From Nemertoderma westbladi (taxonomy: Eukaryota > Animalia > Xenacoelomorpha): DNA of 64,000 nt. Of the stretch, positions 50,531 to 61,286 are shown piece by piece; position 1 is the stretch's first letter, and each line of letters starts with the position of its first letter. Under the pieces are notes generated by a model. It searched no databases. It was not told the origin of the DNA and saw nothing but the letters and a program-made list of their open reading frames with translations. The translations under genes were made by a program, and so were the position numbers. The stretch lies in NCBI GenBank assembly GCA_032718475.1, contig JAUCBJ010005988.1, forward strand, positions 14,567 through 78,566. The letters are read 5' to 3'.

Positions 50531-51937
50531 TCACAAAGGTTTTTTTATAGATTTTGTCCCACCTGCCTGTTCGGAGGATTCTTCCAACAAACAGATTTTT
50601 ACTGCTGGTCGAGTATACTCCTTGCCTTTCATACGTACTTGTACTGCACGGACTATGACATCAGATCCTGGGAAGGTCTCAATCACTCGTCCCAGTGGCC
50701 ATTGACCACGGGGAGTATTAGGCTCAATTACAAGTACAAGATCACCCTTTTGTAAATTTCTACGGTCTTTAAGCCAGATCCGCCGCTCTATTAACGAAGG
50801 AACGTATTCCCGCATCCAGCGTCTCCAAAACTGATCTATAAGTGATTGTGTCGCCCTCCAACGACTTCTAGAAGTCATTTCAGATGCATCGAATACATCA
50901 GGGGGCGTATTGGGATTACCTCTACCAAGAAGGATATGGTTAGGTGTAATCGCCTCTACGTCATCTGGATCGACACTCACATGAGTGAGTGGCCGTCCAT
51001 TAAGTATATTTTCTACATCTGCCAACACAGACAATAGAACCTCATCTGACACACACTGTAAGCCTAAGACTGCCTTTATAGCCCTTTTTGCCGACTGTAC
51101 AGCACGCTCCCACACACCTCCAAAATGTGGTGCCGATGGTGGTGATTTCCTCCATTGAATTCCTTTCTTAGCCAATGAGTCGTGTATCTCTTCCTGATTC
51201 ATATTTTCAAACGCCTCGCGAAGTTCCTTTTCACCAGCAACAAAGTTGGAACCATTGTCGCTATACACTACTGCAGGGGCACCACGACGCGCAATAAGTC
51301 TACGGAAAGCTAAAAGAAATGACTCAGTATCCATTGAGTACACCATCTCAAGGTGAATACTCCTAGTAGTCAAACATGTTGCCAAGAGAACCCATCTCTT
51401 CAAAGTTCGACGTAGGTACTTGACGTACAAAGGGCCAAAAAAATCCAATCCCACATTCACAAAGGGAAAGGTAGTTGGTCCTAAACGGGTTTGGGGAAGG
51501 GCAGCCATCATGGGTGGAGAGGGCTTGGCCCTACGTTTCTTACAATAACCACATCTATAGATGATTTTCTTAACTAACATTCTTAACTTTGGAATCCAGA
51601 AATGCTGTCGCAGTTCATTTAATGTTTGACTTTCACCTTGGTGAAAGACACATGAGTGAATGTCAGTAACAATGAGTTGTGTAAAGTATGCCTCATTTGG
51701 TAAAATAATAGGGTGACGGGCGGTAATTGGTAATTCTGCCTTCCCTATCCGACCTCCAACCAACAATACTCCAGCTTCACTTAATATAGGATGTAAACAT
51801 AACAAAGAGCTGTTTGTGTCCAATGGATTGTTATTCTCAAGAGCTTTAATATCCGATGAATAATAGTACCTTTGGACAACCTTAATGAGGTAATCTAACG
51901 ACAGCCTGAGCTCAGATACAGATAAGTATGATAACAC
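50531..51937 (-). CDS. BEL/Pao integrase
   Basis: H..H…C..C zinc finger, VGLDFFGP, YSDNGSNF, PHFGGVWER, FWRRWMREY, WPLGRV; frameshifted relative to the upstream segment. Confidence 0.93.
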   Translation of the reverse strand: MLSYLSVSELRLSLDYLIKVVQRYYYSSDIKALENNNPLDTNSSLLCLHPILSEAGVLLVGGRIGKAELPITARHPIILPNEAYFTQLIVTDIHSCVFHQGESQTLNELRQHFWIPKLRMLVKKIIYRCGYCKKRRAKPSPPMMAALPQTRLGPTTFPFVNVGLDFFGPLYVKYLRRTLKRWVLLATCLTTRSIHLEMVYSMDTESFLLAFRRLIARRGAPAVVYSDNGSNFVAGEKELREAFENMNQEEIHDSLAKKGIQWRKSPPSAPHFGGVWERAVQSAKRAIKAVLGLQCVSDEVLLSVLADVENILNGRPLTHVSVDPDDVEAITPNHILLGRGNPNTPPDVFDASEMTSRSRWRATQSLIDQFWRRWMREYVPSLIERRIWLKDRRNLQKGDLVLVIEPNTPRGQWPLGRVIETFPGSDVIVRAVQVRMKGKEYTRPAVKICLLEESSEQAGGTKSIKKPL

Positions 51938-52187
51938 TTATCTTCCTACGGCAATTTTCAACAAATCGTCGAACCCAGGCAGTCACACGTTGGAGTTTCC
52001 ATAATTTTGAGTATTTGGATATTAGGTCCATAAACAAATTAAGATTACTAACATCTTTCACAACTGTAAAGACATTCTTCACTTCATACACCTTATCTGT
52101 AGGGTCAGGTTCTTTAATTACAATATCTGAGTTTGGCCACTCATTCTCAGAAAGACGAAGGAAGTGAGGGCCCAGAAACCAAATATG

Positions 52188-55100
52188 CTAATTGTCAATC
52201 TGTGATGGCAAAAGACCACGACTACAATGATCTGCAGGGTTGTCTGAAGTTGAAACATGCAACCATTGCTGTTGAGTAGTAGTTTCCAAGATCTCCCCCA
52301 CTCTATGTGCGACAAAGGTCTGAAAGCAACATATTTTGGACTTGATCCACTGTAGGGCAGTAGTGGAATCACTCCAAAAGAAACACCTTCCAATAACTAA
52401 CCTCAGTTGTAACTTCACAAACTCAGCAAGCCGTGATCCAATGACTGCTCCTTGAAGCTCCTTCCTAGGAACACTCAAGAAGCGTACAGGCGCTACCCTA
52501 CACTTTGACATGATAAAAGAAACTGTGATGCTATCATCATTGTGTATAATGCGTAAATACGCCACAGCTCCAAACCCTTTCTCCGAAGCATCACAAAAGA
52601 CATGGAGTTGAATATCTTTACTTGGAGACATATTTGAACCAAATAAACATCGGGGAATGGAGATTCGATTTACATTTGGCAAATCTACAAGCCAATCAGC
52701 CCAGCGTTTAGAGATGTCAACTGGAAGAGGATCATCCCAAGATATAGAACAACGCCATGTATCCTGCAGAATAATCTTGGCTAAGAGAAGAACTGGTGTC
52801 AGAAATCCCAAAGGGTCAAATATTGAAGCAATTTGGCGCAACATATTGCGCTTAGTAAGAGCCCCAGATTCTATGTCAACCACAAACAGAAAACAGTCTG
52901 TGGAACAATTCCATTTTACTCCCAAGGCCCTGTCTATAGGTAAGTCATCCAAGTCAAGATTTAATGATGGTTTTGCCAAACTTTCAGACGGAACAGCTGA
53001 AAGAGCAGTCTTTGAGTTTGACATCCATTGTCCAAGTTCAAAACCTCCTAAAGCAATTAAGTCAGTCATGTCTTTCATAATATCTATAGCTTCCTGCTCA
53101 GTATCAAATGAGTCTAGATAGTTATCTACATAGAAGCTTCCAGAGACCTTGGCAGCAGCTACAGGGAATTTACTAGAATTATCCTCTGCTGTCCGGTGCA
53201 AGATATACCTACATGACGCTGGAGATGAGATGACACCAAAGTTTTCAACGACCATTTTGTATGTACTGGGGGGACCCTTTCGATCCAAACCTCCCCAAAG
53301 AAAACGTTGTACATCTTGGTCACATCGCTGAAGTCTAACTTGGTGGAACATAGCTGTAATGTCCCCAGAAATTGCTATTTTCCCTTCACGTAAGCGAAGT
53401 AAAAGACCAACAAGGCTTACTAAGAAAACAGGACCACGATACAGACAATCATTGAGATATCTACCATTATGCCGAGAAGATGCATCAAATACAACGCGTA
53501 CATTGCCAGGCTTGTGAGGATGTAACACAGGATGATATGGAAGATACCATGTCCTACCTTCAGGACCAACATCATCAGAATCAATCTTCACTGCAAAGCC
53601 TTTCTCAACATAACCTTCAATACGCTTCTCATATGCCTTTCCAAGGTCTGGGTTATGAGCCAATCGCTTCTCAGTTGACATCAACCGCCTCAAAGCCATA
53701 TTGTAGTTATCCGGGAGCTTAGCCTCAGTGGAGTGCCATGGAAGGCCTGTTTGATAGCGATTGCCTATGTTTATGGTTTCCCTATTAAGTATCTCAAGAG
53801 TCTTCATATCAGCCTCTGACATTGGCAAATTCTTACAAGGACGAACTCCAAATGAGTCAGTTCTCCAAAAGTCTGCAACAAGTTCATGAAGATACTGGTC
53901 TGGGTCAGGCATAAGTTCGCGATGTGCACTACAATGTGGTTGTCCATTTGAAATATTTACATGCATAACATGAGGAGCACTATCTGTCTTCAAGGGTGAT
54001 GTAGAACCTGGATATGTGAATGAAGACACACATGTCCAACCAAAGTTTGTCAACACTGCCTGTGGAGTATCTGGGGGACCAGAACGGTAATCAAGTTGGC
54101 GTATAACATCAAACACATCAGCGCCAAGGAGAATTTCAACCTTGGATGTATCAATAACTGGTAGTTCTAAGTCTTCAAGATGCTTCCAGTTATGTTTCAG
54201 GTTTGGCCAATCTAAGTACTGTTGAGGAATATTCAATCCAGGATAAACCCAAGCTTCAGGAATTGAAAACTCTACATCACTATCAATAGCTGAAACACTA
54301 AAGTTAACAGTTGAAGATGGTATTCTGCGGCCCTTACACCCAATTGTCCCCAGACGTAAGTAACCCTTCTTACCCTTCATAGCAAGGGCACCAGCAAGTC
54401 TCACACTTATCAAAGAAGTTTCAGCCCCATCATCTAACAAAGCATATGTCAGCACTGACCTACCTGAAGGGGTGGTCATTCGTAGAGGAACATACTGTAG
54501 TGTAACAACCTTCAAACCACCATGTAATACTAAACTGTTTACATGTTTATGTTTGGTGTTTCGTTTCCATGACGACCTATCACTAGAAAACATCTTAGGG
54601 GCACCATGCAAAAGCATATGGTGCCGTTTCTTACAACCTGCAACATGACAAGGATCTTTGACAGAGCACTCTGATACCCTATGTCCATGACGTAAACAAC
54701 CAAAACAAAGATTATTATCTTTAACTAGATTAGGGCGCTCATCAAGGGTTTTAGACTTAAACTCATTACAGTTAGGCACTGAGTGTGAACCATTACAAAT
54801 ACAACAATTATGTTCACTGGACCTACCTTGATTGTTATTGAAATGGTTGACTCTACTGCTTGAACCTGATTTACTTAACTTGGACTTATCGGTATCCTTA
54901 GAGGTTACTGAGGTTGTACAAATTGTTGGAGTAAACTCAGGTGGTGGTGGTCTTAGTTTTTCCGTATTAACCTTATTGGATGTTAATGCAGGTGACTTAC
55001 CATGACTTGACTTGTCAACATTTGGCACTGACTTCACCATACGACCTGCTAACACCTTGTTATTAACCCACACACTGATGTCTTTCATAGATGGAACTTC

Positions 55101-55604
55101 TGGTCTCATTTTAATTACCACATTCCCCCAAGATTCTCTTAATTTTGGAGGCAATTTCTGAACTAAATTAGACACATTTGTACAAGCATACAGATCTGAG
55201 GTATAACCACATTTTTCTAACACAGCCACCACACTGTTAAGTTTCAACGAAAATGTTTTTAATGACTCAGTGTCACCATCCCTAACAGATGGAATACGGT
55301 TTATTTGGTTGACACACTCACTGCCAACCAAATGACGGTCCCCATATATGCGTCGGAGCTCTTTCAAAGCCTCAACATATAAATCGGGATCATCCAGCAA
55401 GCCGGCTATACTATCTCGGACATCTGCAGAAAGTAGGTTTCTAAGTAAGGCCAATCGGATCGGAGTGGAGGAGACTTGTTCATGAACTAAAGCATGAAAT
55501 GTGGAAATGAATCCTGGCCATTTGGTGGGTGACCCATCAAATGGCTCAATTTTTATTTGAGACAAATATTGGGGAATCAGTGGTGTACCCACTTGAGGTC
55601 CCAA
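52188..55604 (-). CDS. BEL/Pao Gag-protease-RT-RNase H polyprotein, ending at a premature TAG
   Basis: IEPFDGSPTKWPGFISTF (DUF1759-like), Cys/His knuckles, YALLDDGA protease, YLPYHPV…RVVFDAS, FYVDNYL RT, LHVFCDASEKGFGAVAYLR RNase H; the frame continues after the TAG with HIWFLGPHFL…EWP. Confidence 0.93.
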   Translation of the reverse strand: MGPQVGTPLIPQYLSQIKIEPFDGSPTKWPGFISTFHALVHEQVSSTPIRLALLRNLLSADVRDSIAGLLDDPDLYVEALKELRRIYGDRHLVGSECVNQINRIPSVRDGDTESLKTFSLKLNSVVAVLEKCGYTSDLYACTNVSNLVQKLPPKLRESWGNVVIKMRPEVPSMKDISVWVNNKVLAGRMVKSVPNVDKSSHGKSPALTSNKVNTEKLRPPPPEFTPTICTTSVTSKDTDKSKLSKSGSSSRVNHFNNNQGRSSEHNCCICNGSHSVPNCNEFKSKTLDERPNLVKDNNLCFGCLRHGHRVSECSVKDPCHVAGCKKRHHMLLHGAPKMFSSDRSSWKRNTKHKHVNSLVLHGGLKVVTLQYVPLRMTTPSGRSVLTYALLDDGAETSLISVRLAGALAMKGKKGYLRLGTIGCKGRRIPSSTVNFSVSAIDSDVEFSIPEAWVYPGLNIPQQYLDWPNLKHNWKHLEDLELPVIDTSKVEILLGADVFDVIRQLDYRSGPPDTPQAVLTNFGWTCVSSFTYPGSTSPLKTDSAPHVMHVNISNGQPHCSAHRELMPDPDQYLHELVADFWRTDSFGVRPCKNLPMSEADMKTLEILNRETINIGNRYQTGLPWHSTEAKLPDNYNMALRRLMSTEKRLAHNPDLGKAYEKRIEGYVEKGFAVKIDSDDVGPEGRTWYLPYHPVLHPHKPGNVRVVFDASSRHNGRYLNDCLYRGPVFLVSLVGLLLRLREGKIAISGDITAMFHQVRLQRCDQDVQRFLWGGLDRKGPPSTYKMVVENFGVISSPASCRYILHRTAEDNSSKFPVAAAKVSGSFYVDNYLDSFDTEQEAIDIMKDMTDLIALGGFELGQWMSNSKTALSAVPSESLAKPSLNLDLDDLPIDRALGVKWNCSTDCFLFVVDIESGALTKRNMLRQIASIFDPLGFLTPVLLLAKIILQDTWRCSISWDDPLPVDISKRWADWLVDLPNVNRISIPRCLFGSNMSPSKDIQLHVFCDASEKGFGAVAYLRIIHNDDSITVSFIMSKCRVAPVRFLSVPRKELQGAVIGSRLAEFVKLQLRLVIGRCFFWSDSTTALQWIKSKICCFQTFVAHRVGEILETTTQQQWLHVSTSDNPADHCSRGLLPSQIDN

Positions 55605-55711
55605 ATTAAGAGTAGGTGGATTAACACCTTGGAGGTCATTGACCCCATCAATCCAATTATCATGGAATAATTTTGGAGTGCCTGAAGCATTACCTTGAAA
55701 TTTAATTTCAT

Positions 55712-57175
55712 TTACATTTGGTCTGTTTCGTACCTCAAAGGCTGGTCTATTTTGTAACCCAATGGCCGGCCCATTTTGTAACCCAATGGCCGGCCCATTT
55801 TGTAACCCAATGCTTGTAACTGCAAATACCCACCCCCCATATTTTGAGGTGTCTCAAAATCTATCAGAGGACTAACAGGCAGCTGGGATGGGTGAAATGT
55901 TGGTGCAGTGACACACCACGAGACTGTTGGTACAGTAACACATTGCACAGAATTAATATTACTACAGCTATTTCTATAATAACTGGGGCTAGTACCTGAA
56001 AATGGTACATAGCTAGTTGTAGAGACACGTGCATATTCATTTAAAAAACTACTAGGCCTATTATTAGTGAATATTTGACTCTGGCCTGGGTTATTGTCAA
56101 TAACTGATACATTTAAATTATTATGCACATTATTTAAACCTTTATCACCCTCTACTATTATATCATACGACTGCTGGCCATGTATGCCAGCGTCGCCAGG
56201 TCTAGATTCAGCCACAGGATTTACTTCCATATCACTACCATTGAAGTCAACTAGACGCGTGCTCAGCTCTCGAATTCCATCCGCACAATCATCTTCTTCC
56301 GCTAAGATAACTGAAAGATTAGACTGTTCAACCCTGTCTTCAAGGCGACGGATATCTCGTGTTTCTGTAATACGTTGCTGGGTTTCACGTAAATTATCTT
56401 CCCTTCCCCGTAATTCCCGTTCAAACCCAATACGACGCCGAGTTTGGCGGAGGATGAGTTCATTCTCCCTAAGCCGATGTCTTGTGTCCATGACATCGCT
56501 CAAGGCCGTAGAACCAACCCTAGAACCCAATCCAACCTTGGACATCACGGAGGAAGAAGTATCATTTCGTCTAGAATTAAAATATTCATTTGCCTGTTGG
56601 TTGCAGGAATCAACTGCGTCGTTTAGAACATCCAGCCAATGCTGAAGGTCGGGTCGTTCAGCAATATCCACACCTAGACACCTAATGAATGACATATGGG
56701 CCGCTATACATTCGCCTTGGAGCTCCCGCAGTGAGCCCATCAAAGTGCGAATACTCGTCCGACTTCCACGTCCATCGACTAGACCATTTATTCTATTTAA
56801 AGTCTTCGTAAATTTCTGCTTTAGAACCATACGAACAGTTTTTGCAACCTGCGGATCAACTTCATTTGGATTGGGCCCATCAATATCATCTCCGGTACCG
56901 GTATCCTCCAATAGGCCTACATCAGAAACGTCATCTTCACCAGACAAATCATGTGCCACGCTACCGGACCGGGCTGTTCCTGCCCCAAATCTCAGAGCCA
57001 TACCAGCGGCAGTAGACACTGTACCCATAGGCACACCACCGCTGGCAACAGACGACATGGTAGGTCTTCTACCGGTTCCCGTTTTACTGGAACCGCCAGG
57101 CCGTTTCCCGAGGCCAACAGAATTGGTACCGGTAGACATATCAGACATCAGAATGCCTACATTTAAAACCAACAA
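55712..57175 (-). CDS. BEL element Gag N-terminal ORF (coiled-coil, low complexity), out of frame with the downstream polyprotein
   Basis: 487-aa ORF directly after the PBS; ends just after a short tandem repeat at ~55750-55815. Confidence 0.7.
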   Translation of the reverse strand: MLVLNVGILMSDMSTGTNSVGLGKRPGGSSKTGTGRRPTMSSVASGGVPMGTVSTAAGMALRFGAGTARSGSVAHDLSGEDDVSDVGLLEDTGTGDDIDGPNPNEVDPQVAKTVRMVLKQKFTKTLNRINGLVDGRGSRTSIRTLMGSLRELQGECIAAHMSFIRCLGVDIAERPDLQHWLDVLNDAVDSCNQQANEYFNSRRNDTSSSVMSKVGLGSRVGSTALSDVMDTRHRLRENELILRQTRRRIGFERELRGREDNLRETQQRITETRDIRRLEDRVEQSNLSVILAEEDDCADGIRELSTRLVDFNGSDMEVNPVAESRPGDAGIHGQQSYDIIVEGDKGLNNVHNNLNVSVIDNNPGQSQIFTNNRPSSFLNEYARVSTTSYVPFSGTSPSYYRNSCSNINSVQCVTVPTVSWCVTAPTFHPSQLPVSPLIDFETPQNMGGGYLQLQALGYKMGRPLGYKMGRPLGYKIDQPLRYETDQM

Positions 57176-57232
57176 CCGAACCGAGTGGTAGGAATTCCGA
57201 AACGAGAGGATAAACCATCAACGGATTTATGT

Positions 57233-57250
57233 TTCCCGGCCAATGCACCA
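57233..57250 (-). promoter_or_regulatory. Primer binding site complementary to the tRNA-Gly 3' end
   Basis: Minus strand TGGTGCATTGGCCGGGAA; plus strand TTCCCGGCCAATGCACCA is the 3' 18 nt of metazoan tRNA-Gly. Confidence 0.9.
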
Positions 57251-57791
57251 TGTTCTGGCGGTCAGACATTCACACTCGGCTGCTCGGAGGCCGATATTTA
57301 GGTACCGGCCTGTTACAGTATTTATTACAACTCGCCTGCCACTCAGTTCACGTTTACTAGTTTGTAATTATATACCGTAGTTGTCATCCCCATTGCAAGT
57401 AATAACAAAGAAATAGAATGATTAATTATTCTTTACCAGTATATTTAATAAGTAAATCAAGTAAGACGATTATGCAGAAATACTGAAATATTACCAACTC
57501 TGCACGTGTCTCTCTCCAGTTATATCTAAAAAGCGAATGGCTACCTACTACCGGTATCATCCACAAAAACAGGCGGTTTTAGTTCTTACTTCTAATTGGC
57601 CGTTGCCACACCAACAAGCAAAGATACAATTTGAATCTCCTTATTTCCCGCCCAACTAAAGTTCAGTAGTACGCTATATAAATCAATTGCAACTAAGGTA
57701 CAAATATGTACTGTACAAATACAAACAGTAAATTGCTACATACTGTACAACAGATCAAATGTTGTATTGCGCAAACATATCAATTGCGACA
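57251..57791 (-). repeat. 5' LTR (541 bp)
   Basis: Adjacent to the PBS; near-identical to 49964..50504. Confidence 0.97.
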
Positions 57792-58680
57792 GGGGGCCTG
57801 GGCCGGGTCAGTGGTGGGGGCCGGGTCAGTGGTGGGGGCCTGGGGCCGGGTCAGTGGTGTGGGCCTGGGTCCGGGTCAGTGGTGGGGGCCTGGGGCGGGT
57901 CAGTGGTGGGGGACCTGGGGCCGGGTCAGTGGTGGGGGGCCTGGGGCCGGGTCAGTGGTGGGGGCCTGGGGCCGGGTCAGTGGTGGGGGGCCTGGGCCGG
58001 GTCAGTGGTGGGGGGCCTGGGGCCGGGTCAGTGGTGGGGGCCTGGGGCCGGGTCAGTGGTGGGGGCCTGGGGCCGGGTCAGTGGTGGGGGCCTGGGGCCG
58101 GTTCAGTGGTGGGGGCCTGGGTCTGGGTCAGTGGTGGGGGTTTGGGTCTGGGTCAGTGGTGGGGGCCTGGGGCCGGGTCAGTGGTGGGGGGTCTGGGGCC
58201 GGGTCAGTGGTGGGGGGCCTGGGGCCGGGTCAGTGGTGGGGGGCCTGGGTCGGGTCAGTGGTGGGGGGCCTGGGTCTGGTCAGTGGTGGGGGTCTGGGGC
58301 CGGGTCAGTGGTGGGGGGCCTGGGCCGGGTCAGTGGTGGGGGCCTGGGGCCGGGTCAGTGGTGGGGGCCTGGGTCTGGGTCAGTGGTGGGGGCCTGGGGC
58401 CGGGTCAGTGGTGGGGGGTCTGGGGCCGGGTCAGTGGTGGGGGGCCTGGGGCCGGGTCAGTGGTGGGGGGCCTGGGTCGGGTCAGTGGTGGGGGGCCTGG
58501 GTCGGGTCAGTGGTGGGGGGTCTGGGGCTGGGTCAGTGGTGGGGGGCCTGGGGCCGGGTCAGTGGTGGGGGGCCTGGGTCGGGTCAGTGGTGGGGGGCCT
58601 GGGTCGGGTCAGTGGTGGGGGGCCTGGGTCGGGTCAGTGGTGGGGGCCTGGGTCCGGGTCAGTGGTGGGGGCCTGGGTCT
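57792..58680. repeat. ~25-bp G-rich minisatellite (GTGGTGGGGGCCTGGGGCCGGGTCA), ~35 copies; 2-3 further units lie left of the LTR element (49900-49963)
   Basis: Seen directly. Confidence 0.95.
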
Positions 58681-58846
58681 GATCTCTACTGTATGGGGTT
58701 TGCACATACACGGTACCGAGCACTTCTCACAGACTATACTATACTGAAAGACACATTTTCTCTCGTTTTCATTACCCTAATCTTTTCAATCTATTTATTG
58801 CAAATACCTTTCAAAGAAACCTGAATGTAGATTGTAAATATATTAG

Positions 58847-59136
58847 TAGGGATGTGAGTCAGGAAATGTTTGGAAATTTCTGGAAATTTCATATACATTT
58901 TACCAGAAATTTCTTATACATTTTCCGGAAATTTCCTATTTTATTAATTATTTATTTAGCACATTCTGAAAACATATAGTAAAACACAAGTAGAGTAAAC
59001 ACTAGAAATAAGGGATTCCTGCTTAGATGCGTTTAGGTAGTTCGTTGTCTTGTCCCTAGTGGTCGTAACTACGGATGAAATGTACTTTTCCTGAAATTTC
59101 CTTGAAAAACATATTTTAGGAAAACTCACATCCCTA
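58847..59136. mobile_element. Inner hAT MITE 3 (290 bp)
   Basis: TIRs TAGGGATGTGAGT … ACTCACATCCCTA; 8-bp TSD TATATTAG on both sides; GGAAATTTC subterminal repeats. Confidence 0.92.
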
Positions 59137-60074
59137 TATATTAGACGGGAAATTAGACATTTGAAGCATGTTCCTGTTTATATCAGTATAAAAACAAATA
59201 ATCAAAAAATGCAACAATCAAAGTTAAAAAAATATAATTTCATGAGCTACAAAAATATTTACTGTTTTTTAACACTAACTTTTTGTTTTTAGTTTTTCAT
59301 ATATATTGGGAAAAATAAGTGGCAAAATTCAAAATTACCTGTTCGGTTTCAGTTCGATTCCTGTTCGGTTCGTCTATAGTTCGGTCGATCCCTATATTGT
59401 GGGATCGTGGTGGGGGGCCCCCTGTGGTGGGGGGCCTGGGGCCTCGGCCCCTCCTCCCCCACCCCCCCCCCCCCCCCCCCTAAATACGGCCCTGGTGACC
59501 ATCGCCAATGAGATGGAGTATTCCTTCCCAAAATATGGCTTTTTAGTTTACCAAAGCTGTATTAAATACAGTAGTAGGAGTACAATGAAAAAATTGAAAT
59601 CTTGCAAGAACCCGATTTTTTTAAAAATCCTGCAGGAGCCGGATTTTTTCTCAAAATCCGGCCGGAATTCCGGTCCGGCCGGATATCCGGCACACCCCTA
59701 TAAATAATCATAAACACAATATTCTTGAATAACGTACAATAAATATAATAATAATGAAACAAAAGTATGAGTTTTGGGGAGAGTTATAAATTCTTTGAAT
59801 AATCATTTTAAAAAAGTTTAATATTTTGACAAAAATACCCTATGCGCCTTTATTACAAAAATTATATTGCCAAAAAACAAGTATAATATTAAATAAATAG
59901 GCGTTCGGCATTTATTCAAGGTTACAATAATGATTTCCAATTATTCAACATTATTAAAGAGTTTAGAAAATAAATATTATATTCTCGGGAAAAAAAATAA
60001 TTTGTTTGTTGCCATCTATAATCGATATTTAGCAGTTCCTCTCACTACCTTTAACTATTCGTCAGGTCTCTTAC

Positions 60075-60344
60075 CTTAATCATCAGTAACATTTCTGAAT
60101 CGTTCTCAATCTTCCCTTCCCACTCATAAATAGAAACAACCCCCGGTATGATATTAACACACGCCGCTAACTTCTCCTTCACCAAACCGTCAGCCAATAA
60201 CCTCCCAACATCCATCGAAGGTACAGTAACGAACACAACAGAAGCTTGGGTGGACGACATCTGTGTATCACCACGACAAGAAGATATAAACACAACAAAT
60301 AAAGCTAATATTGTACCAGGACTGTTTACATTTAGAGAGATCAT
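60075..60344 (-). CDS. CUTA: CutA homolog, upstream exon (ATG at 60344 or 60260; a further 5' exon is possible)
   Basis: SVVFVTVPS...LVKEKLAACVNIIPGVVSIYEWEGKIENDSEMLLMIK then AAG|GTAAGA; hydrophobic N-terminal extension. Confidence 0.9.
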
Positions 60345-61286
60345 TAGCACTACAAGTGTAAGTGCAATAGTAATACAGGCCCGTATCGCATTAAAGATAC
60401 AATCTGATTATCGAACAGTTTATATGATAAACCCACGAAGATTTAGAATTACAGTTTACAAAAATTAATAACTGAACATCAAGTACAAACCTTCTTAACT
60501 GTGTTAGACAACCAAATTGTGTTCCCAGTCACTAATGAGTTTCTCAAGAAAATACTACGTTTGGCGGGAAAAAAACTTCGAACAATAAAGTTTGTCATAC
60601 CGCAATCTCCATAACTGTACAAAACTCAAGTATTTAATTAAAGGTTACAGTTTAAAACTGAAACTAATTATACCTGCAGGCTGTGGAAATTATATTTGGC
60701 CTACAGAAAAAGTACAGAGAGAAATAAAGTATAGAGAGAAATAAAGTATATTGGGAGCAAAGAGAAGCAGAACCTCATGGAAATCAAGAGAAAATGACCC
60801 GTAATAAATAAAATAATCAACATATTATAATGTATGTTTTGCTTGATTTGTTAATAATACGATTATAAAAATTATATATCATTATAAATATTGAAAAAAT
60901 TGATTGTAAAACCAAATATATAAATAACGAAAAGACCATCTGAATAAACGAACATTTATCAAAAGATCAGTACAGTATGCAAATAAGCAGTTCTGTGTCA
61001 AAATTAACATTATACACATTAAGTAATACAAATCAAATAAGAATGTCATTAAATTATGAAATTTAAAAATTATAAATTGAAATAGTATACAAATTGCACC
61101 AAGATCGAATATAATGTCATATATTTGTCAATTAAATTAAATATTTATAAATAAAGATTAAAATAATTAAATATGATATAATATAGGTATCGAGGAAGTT
61201 AAATTCCAATAAATTAATAACACAAAACGAATATTAAATTAAAAAGCATAAATTATAATATTCCGATTTATTCAAGTTATTTTATA

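Larger units (their letters stand above)
49964..57791 (-). mobile_element. Full-length BEL/Pao LTR retrotransposon
   Basis: Two 541-bp TG…CA LTRs, 5-bp GGGGG flanks consistent with a TSD, tRNA-Gly PBS, domain order Gag-PR-RT-RH-IN. Confidence 0.97.
49886..59494. mobile_element. Middle non-autonomous hAT element (MITE 2)
   Basis: TIRs CAGGGCCGGATTTAG … CTAAATACGGCCCTG; 8-bp TSD GTGACCAT at 49878-49885 and 59495-59502. Confidence 0.92.
48848..59700. mobile_element. Outer non-autonomous hAT element (MITE 1)
   Basis: TIRs TAGGGATGTGCCGGAT … ATCCGGCACACCCCTA; 8-bp TSD TAAATAAT at 48840-48847 and 59701-59708; CCGG-rich subterminal repeats at both ends. Confidence 0.9.

Noticed and set aside
52657-57191. 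Plus-strand ORFs of 150-180 aa within the BEL element
   Set aside because: Antisense shadows of the gag-pol frame
57233-57250. tRNA-Gly gene
   Set aside because: Only the 3' 18 nt including CCA, abutting an LTR: it is a primer binding site
57706-58824. Gly/Trp-rich ORFs in all three plus frames
   Set aside because: Translations of the G-rich 25-bp satellite inside a MITE within an intron
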